Assembly (NCBI GenBank): GCA_964472415.1
Contig: CAYYLC010000003.1
Span: forward strand, 96,075-160,074
DNA length: 64,000 nt
Direction of reading: 5' to 3'
From: an uncultured Gammaproteobacteria bacterium
GTDB lineage: Bacteria; Patescibacteriota; Microgenomatia; Levybacterales; GWA1-39-11
The notes beneath the pieces are model-generated. The model was not told the origin of the DNA and searched no databases. It worked only from the letters and a program-made list of their open reading frames with translations. The position numbers and the translations under genes are program-made. Within the stretch, counting starts at the first letter, position 1. The number at the start of each line of letters is the position of its first letter. Shown piece after piece: positions 59,044-64,000 of the stretch.

Positions 59044-60648
59044 GTGGTACAGTTTATGGAGTCTGATTGGAAACTAAATTCAGTTATTTATCAAATTTAC
59101 CCCAGAACCTTTCAAGATAGTAATAATGATGGGATTGGGGATCTGCCGGGAATAATTTCTCGCCTCGATTATATAAAAAATTTGGGAGTGACTGCGATAT
59201 GGCTTTCCCCAATTTATCGCTCTCCACAGATAGACTTTGGATATGATGTTTCTGATTATAAAGATATTGACCCGATCTTTGGAACGCTTGCAGATTTTGA
59301 ACGTTTAGTACAGGAGTGTAAAGAGCGAAAACTCCAGATTTTAATGGACTATATTCCAAATCATACGTCATCTCAGCATCCCTGGTTTCAAGAATCTCGG
59401 AGTTCAAAAAATAATCTTAAGAGTGACTGGTATATCTGGGGAGATGCAGGAAGAAATGGTGAGGCGCCTAACAATTGGCTTTCAGTGTTTGGGGGATCTG
59501 CTTGGGAATTTGATGAAGCTCGTCAGCAGTATTATTTGCATACATTTGATAAATCACAACCAGATCTAAACTGGCGAAATCCGGATGTGCAAGAGGAAAT
59601 GTTTGATGTCCTCAGGTTTTGGATGGATAAAGGTGTTGATGGATTTCGAGTTGATGTGCCCTACCATATCTTTAAAGATCCATTACTTCGTGACGAATCT
59701 CCGAATCCCGACTATGCGGAGGGGGTGCATAATTTCTTTAATAGTTTGCACCATGTTCACACAGCGTGGCTTCCAGAGTCTATGGAGATGATGAGGCAAT
59801 TTGCGGAAGTTTTGCAAGAATATAAAAATAAATTTATGGTAGCAGAGGCTTGGGGAGAGATCTCTGACTTGATAAAGTTATCCAACACAGTAGGATGGAG
59901 ATATTTTGTGCCATTTAATTTCTCACTGATCACACTCCCCTGGCGCGCTGATGTGCATAAAGAATTTATTGATATGTACGATTCTGAATTGGGAGGTGGA
60001 TATCTTCCTTGTTATGTTTTAGGGAATCATGATACGTCGCGTATTGCCTCTAGAGTCGGGCAAAAGCAAGCGCGTGTAGGAGCGCTTCTTCAGTTGACAT
60101 TACGGGGGCTTCCATTTATTTATAATGGTGAGGAATTGGGGATGATAGACGGAGAAATTTCAAGAGAAATGATAAAGGACATTTTTGAAATAAATTCTCC
60201 CGGACTTGGTTTAGGGCGCGATCCGCAAAGAACTCCTATGCAGTGGGATGATACAAATAATGCCGGTTTTTCTACCCATATTCCATGGCTTCCTGTGGGG
60301 AGTAGTTATAGGTTCATCAATGTAAAAACTCAGGAAGAGGATCCCCATTCTATGCTCTCTCTTTATAAGCTTCTTATACATATAAGGAACCAGCATGGAG
60401 CTTTACGTGAGGGAAACTATGTAAAAATTCCACAACCACAGAAAGATATTTTTGCATTTATTCGTGAAAAAGATGCAAGCAGAGTTTTAGTGCTTGCGAA
60501 CTTTTCGAAGAAAAATATATCCATTTCTCTTGATTTTCATAAAGCACGAATGATTTGCAATACATCTTTGACTGGATTGCAGGAATCGGTTGACTTAAAT
60601 AATTTTATTGTAAAAGCGGATGAGGGGTATGTTTTTGTTCTTGAATAA
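59044..60648 (+). CDS. GH13 alpha-glucosidase (oligo-1,6-glucosidase / trehalose-6-phosphate hydrolase-like)
   Basis: VIYQIYPRTFQDSNNDGIGDLPGI, DYIPNHTS, GFRVDV, EAW, GNHD GH13 regions; 534 aa. Likely start at MESDWK. Confidence 0.8.
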   Translation: MVQFMESDWKLNSVIYQIYPRTFQDSNNDGIGDLPGIISRLDYIKNLGVTAIWLSPIYRSPQIDFGYDVSDYKDIDPIFGTLADFERLVQECKERKLQILMDYIPNHTSSQHPWFQESRSSKNNLKSDWYIWGDAGRNGEAPNNWLSVFGGSAWEFDEARQQYYLHTFDKSQPDLNWRNPDVQEEMFDVLRFWMDKGVDGFRVDVPYHIFKDPLLRDESPNPDYAEGVHNFFNSLHHVHTAWLPESMEMMRQFAEVLQEYKNKFMVAEAWGEISDLIKLSNTVGWRYFVPFNFSLITLPWRADVHKEFIDMYDSELGGGYLPCYVLGNHDTSRIASRVGQKQARVGALLQLTLRGLPFIYNGEELGMIDGEISREMIKDIFEINSPGLGLGRDPQRTPMQWDDTNNAGFSTHIPWLPVGSSYRFINVKTQEEDPHSMLSLYKLLIHIRNQHGALREGNYVKIPQPQKDIFAFIREKDASRVLVLANFSKKNISISLDFHKARMICNTSLTGLQESVDLNNFIVKADEGYVFVLE

Positions 60649-60682
60649 TTGTCCGCATGGTAGAATGACTGCGGTATAAATG

Positions 60683-62317
60683 CTACTTGCTTTCAAACCA
60701 CCGGAAGCCGTATCCGGAAAGCGTTAAATTTCCATTTTTTCTTATCTTCGAATACTTTTTATTACTAAAGAATTCTTTCATTTCTAGCTTTTCGATCTCT
60801 GGAATAGTAACTTTGGCCTCATTTTTCGAAAAATTTGTAATCATAATAGTTGTATGTCCTTCCCATACGTATGAAATAATAAATATGCTTTCATGATGAC
60901 TATTGATAAGCGCTGATTCTCCATACCCTATTTCTTTGTGTTTTTTGACTGTTTTTATGAGTTGCTTGATATGGTTTAAAAGGGAGGAGTCATTTTTTAA
61001 TTGTTTTTCTACATTAACTTTCTGATACCTATAATCACCTTCAGAAATAATTCCTCTTATGAGAGTGCTTGGGTGAGAATCAGAGAAGTTCGCATTTATA
61101 CTATCATTCCATTGCATAGGCGTTCTTACTGAAACTCTTTCTGGAAGTCGCAAGTCGTCACCCATTCCTATTTCGTCTCCGTACAGTATCATTTGTGCCC
61201 CAGGAAGAGAAAATAATAAGCTATATGCCATTTTAAGCCTATTTAAATTTCCCTCAAACATAGGTGCAAGTCTTCGTCTGATTCCGCGATTGTATACAAT
61301 CATTCCATCTGTCGGGGCAAAAGTCCCGAAAACCCTTTTCTGCTCCCTTTTCGATAGTTGCTCAATGTTTAACTCATCGTGATTTCTCAAAAAATCTACC
61401 CACTGTGCACCTGATGGAGGAGTTGGTAATTTTTTCATGAAATCATACAATGGTTTCGTTTTTTTGTCTGCAAATGAAAGGAATATATAGCGATTCAATA
61501 GGAAGTTATACATAAGATCCATTCGTTTCCCATTCCCGAAAAACAAGGGAACTTTATCACTTGTTACGTCAGCTTCTCCGAGCAGAATTGCATCAGGATT
61601 TTTTTCCTTAATATGCTTGTTCCACCGATCCATCACCAAATCTGCATCAGGCACTTCTGTTCCCGGAAGTCCTTTCCTCTCAAACATAAACGTTGCAGCA
61701 TCTATGCGGAATCCCGCAATGCCAAATTCCATCCAGAAATCCATAATTTTCTCAATTTCATGTTGTACCTTGGGATTTGCGATATTAAGATCTGGTTGGA
61801 AGTGATAAAAACTATGATGATAGAATAGTTTTGATTCTCCATTAAACTGCCAAACGCCTGCCTCTATGCTCGGAAATGCACTCTCCATTTGGATGCCATC
61901 AGGAATTTTATCTGTCCAGACATAGTAGTTGCGGTATTTAGAGTTTGGATTTTTACTTGCCTCTTCAAACCATGGATGTTGATCCGATGTGTGATGAACA
62001 ACTAAATCAATAATTACTTTTATCCCAAATCTTTCAGCCTCTTTTACAAATGTTTTAAACTCTCCGAGTGTTCCGAGCCTTGGGTCAATATTGTAATAAT
62101 CAGTTACGTCGTATCCATTATCTCGGCCACCCGAGGGATGAAATGGAAGCAGCCAGATACAGTCAATTCCGAGATTTTTTAAGTAGGGAAGTTTCATGGT
62201 GAGCCCTACGAAGTCTCCTATTCCATCACTATTTCCATCCTTAAATACTTCTACGATTACTGCGTAGAACACAGCGTTTTGGTACCATTGGTGCTCTAGA
62301 GAGTTATTATCCGACAT
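60683..62317 (-). CDS. GH13 enzyme, TreS-like / amylosucrase-like paralog
   Basis: 544 aa; [56 protein letters not shown]; parallels the 40825-42579 protein. Confidence 0.75.
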   Translation of the reverse strand: MSDNNSLEHQWYQNAVFYAVIVEVFKDGNSDGIGDFVGLTMKLPYLKNLGIDCIWLLPFHPSGGRDNGYDVTDYYNIDPRLGTLGEFKTFVKEAERFGIKVIIDLVVHHTSDQHPWFEEASKNPNSKYRNYYVWTDKIPDGIQMESAFPSIEAGVWQFNGESKLFYHHSFYHFQPDLNIANPKVQHEIEKIMDFWMEFGIAGFRIDAATFMFERKGLPGTEVPDADLVMDRWNKHIKEKNPDAILLGEADVTSDKVPLFFGNGKRMDLMYNFLLNRYIFLSFADKKTKPLYDFMKKLPTPPSGAQWVDFLRNHDELNIEQLSKREQKRVFGTFAPTDGMIVYNRGIRRRLAPMFEGNLNRLKMAYSLLFSLPGAQMILYGDEIGMGDDLRLPERVSVRTPMQWNDSINANFSDSHPSTLIRGIISEGDYRYQKVNVEKQLKNDSSLLNHIKQLIKTVKKHKEIGYGESALINSHHESIFIISYVWEGHTTIMITNFSKNEAKVTIPEIEKLEMKEFFSNKKYSKIRKNGNLTLSGYGFRWFESK

Positions 62318-62444
62318 ACGTTATTGTTGATAGAAGTGTGTTTTTCCCATCGTGCCAATGTAATTTACATTGTATCACAATAAAATCATGGGAGAGCGAT
62401 TTCATGAATGCGTGGTAATTATTATTGATTGAAAAAGGGTTCGG

Positions 62445-63380
62445 TCAAATCTTTTTTGGGAAAATAACCGATAGCAACATGGAAATACCGAGTGCAAGCA
62501 TAATAATTGCAAATGAAATTATGGATGAGATGTGGATACCAAAAATATCTATCAACATTTTTCCACCGATAAATATGAGAATGAATGCGAGACCTTTTTG
62601 AAGGTGGTGGAATTTGAGTAACACGTTTTCTAAGAGAAAGAAAAGTGCACGAAGTCCGAGAACAGCGAAGATGTTTGATGTAAATATAATGAATGGATCT
62701 TGGGAGATTGCAAATGCTGCCGGAATAGAATCAATCGCAAAAATAATATCTGTTGTTTCAACGAGTAGGACGATAAGAAAAAGAATGGTGAAATATTTTT
62801 TTCCGTTTTCTTTCAATATAAATTTCCCAGCATGATGTGTTGTGGTAAAAGGAAGATATTTTTTTGCAAGACGTACTACTTTATTTTTCTCAAAATCTAT
62901 ATGCTCCTCCTTTTTATCTTTAAAGAGTTTTAGTCCAGTATAGATAAGAAGTGCTCCAAAGATATATAAGACCCAGTGGAATTGGCTAATAATGAGTGCG
63001 CCAACTCCGATAAATATCGCACGAAATACAATGGCACCCATGATTCCCCAGAACAATACTTTGTGGTGATATTTTTCCTCAATTTTGAAAAAATTGAAAA
63101 TGAGCGCAATTACAAAGAGGTTGTCGACGGATAACATCTTCTCTGTGACATAGGCACTCATAAAGTCTGCTGCCATGCTTTGTCCCATAAAGAGAAAGAT
63201 AAGGAATGCAAAAGCAAATGCGACAGCGATCCAGAAGAGTGATTGTATGAGAGCAGATTTTGGAGGAATCTTATGTGCGCGTCGATTAAAGTATCCGAGA
63301 TCAGCAATCAAAAATCCAATGATAACGACCCCGAATAAAATTAACAGATTGTTTTGAGCGTCCATTGGGATATTATACAA
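62445..63380 (-). CDS. TerC-family integral membrane protein
   Basis: Multi-TM; SVDNLFV and TDIIFAIDSIPAAFAIS motifs typical of TerC. Confidence 0.75.
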   Translation of the reverse strand: MYNIPMDAQNNLLILFGVVIIGFLIADLGYFNRRAHKIPPKSALIQSLFWIAVAFAFAFLIFLFMGQSMAADFMSAYVTEKMLSVDNLFVIALIFNFFKIEEKYHHKVLFWGIMGAIVFRAIFIGVGALIISQFHWVLYIFGALLIYTGLKLFKDKKEEHIDFEKNKVVRLAKKYLPFTTTHHAGKFILKENGKKYFTILFLIVLLVETTDIIFAIDSIPAAFAISQDPFIIFTSNIFAVLGLRALFFLLENVLLKFHHLQKGLAFILIFIGGKMLIDIFGIHISSIISFAIIMLALGISMLLSVIFPKKI

Positions 63381-63447
63381 ACTTTGTGATAAAAATCACA
63401 TGTTCTTGAAGTAAGTTTCTCATGGGAAGAGATGTTATACTGGTTTT

Positions 63448-63618
63448 ATGAAGAGGAAAGGCTCACAGAAGAAAAATCAAAAAGAGTTTTCTATAGGCTT
63501 TGGTATTGTAGTAGGGATTATATTTGCCATGATGATGAATAATATCGCGATGGGTGTTGTCGTGGGGATTGTTTTTGCAGTAGTACTTAATGCCCTGAAA
63601 TCTCCTCGGAGAAAATAA
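63448..63618 (+). CDS. small membrane protein (56 aa), not in the ORF track
   Basis: MKRKGSQKKNQKEFSIGFGIVVGIIFAMMMNNIAMGVVVGIVFAVVLNALKSPRRK*: two Gly-zipper-like helices. Confidence 0.35.
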   Translation: MKRKGSQKKNQKEFSIGFGIVVGIIFAMMMNNIAMGVVVGIVFAVVLNALKSPRRK

Positions 63619-63680
63619 TTATTTCTTAGTGTTTTTCTAATTCCTTCAAATAACCCTTTTTGTTTGCTAGAATGGTTTTT

Positions 63681-64000
63681 ATGCCTCCAATTTTTGATAG
63701 CATAATAATGCTTTTAATAATCTTAATCGTTGCAAGGTTTATAAAGAGACGATCTATTATCCTTCAGAGGTTATTTATTCCAAGCTCTTTAGTGGCTGGG
63801 GCTATTGGGCTTATTTTAGGTCCGCAGATACTCGCAACTCTTCCGGTGGAGATCACTGACTATTGGGCGATTTTTCCGAAAAATCTTATTAATATAGTAT
63901 TTGCCGGATTATTTCTCGGGAAACATATTCCAAGTATTAGAGAGATTTGGCGTATGGCGGGACCGATGGTGGCATTTGGAAATACCCTTGCATGGGGACA
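63681..64000 (+). CDS. gltS: sodium/glutamate symporter GltS, N-terminal part (runs off the window end)
   Basis: MPPIFDSIIMLLIILIVARFIKRRSIILQRLFIPSSLVAGAIGLILGPQIL matches the GltS N-terminus. Confidence 0.6.
   Translation, partial: MPPIFDSIIMLLIILIVARFIKRRSIILQRLFIPSSLVAGAIGLILGPQILATLPVEITDYWAIFPKNLINIVFAGLFLGKHIPSIREIWRMAGPMVAFGNTLAWG

Overview
This 64-kb window reads like a small, low-GC, gene-dense bacterial genome with many hallmarks of Candidate Phyla Radiation / Patescibacteria. That assignment is an inference from gene content: reduced aminoacyl-tRNA synthetases, a type IV pilus with no secretin, standard code 11 with UGA used as a stop.

First ~31 kb (core genome):
- gyrA (partial), ppa and gyrB on the minus strand.
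- A complete type IV pilus locus: pilC, pilT and pilB on the minus strand, then divergently a holB-like gene, the major pilin, pilD, five pseudopilins or minor pilins, a PilX-like gene and pilM, pilN, pilO.
- trmD, a KH-domain protein and rpsP; rnc, nusB and a frame-disturbed rpmF-like gene; recG, tyrS and a class A PBP.
- pheT and pheS, a NUDIX hydrolase, then rplT, rpmI, infC and thrS, and an HD hydrolase.

Middle (31.2-42.6 kb):
- tRNA-Val(GAC), followed by a candidate promoter-to-terminator small-RNA unit and a GC-rich block of tandem paralogous unknown genes.
- A trigger factor without a PPIase domain and a T5orf172/DUF4357 gene.
- An array of six tRNAs (Leu-UAG, Leu-CAG, Phe, Gly, Val-UAC, Leu-GAG) interleaved with two paralogous glucosaminidase-like peptidoglycan hydrolases.
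- A PEBP protein, a C39-like peptidase with TPR repeats, and a TreS-like GH13 enzyme.

Integrated element (42.6 to ~56.1 kb), at tRNA-Gln(UUG), where a large serine recombinase gene overlaps the tRNA 3' end:
- An HTH or replication-type protein and an Xis-like HTH protein.
- A tightly packed plus-strand defence operon: a PD-(D/E)xK nuclease, an N6-adenine methyltransferase, a DUF262-HNH protein, an OLD-family ATPase/TOPRIM protein and a Cas4/RecB-like nuclease.
- A small membrane peptide, a CPBP (Abi) protease and another membrane protein.
- A 649-aa surface protein built from seven CTNADCS-type repeats, a Pro/Thr linker and a LysM domain.
- A short motif (TTTTAATCAGnAATGATGGAAT) recurs six times inside the element, and two ~90-bp direct repeats flank the surface-protein gene.

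Right end: a cupin, a YdeI/OmdA-like protein, a DUF488 protein, a hexokinase-family kinase, a small zinc-ribbon protein, two more GH13 enzymes, TerC and a partial gltS.

No rRNA genes or CRISPR arrays were seen.
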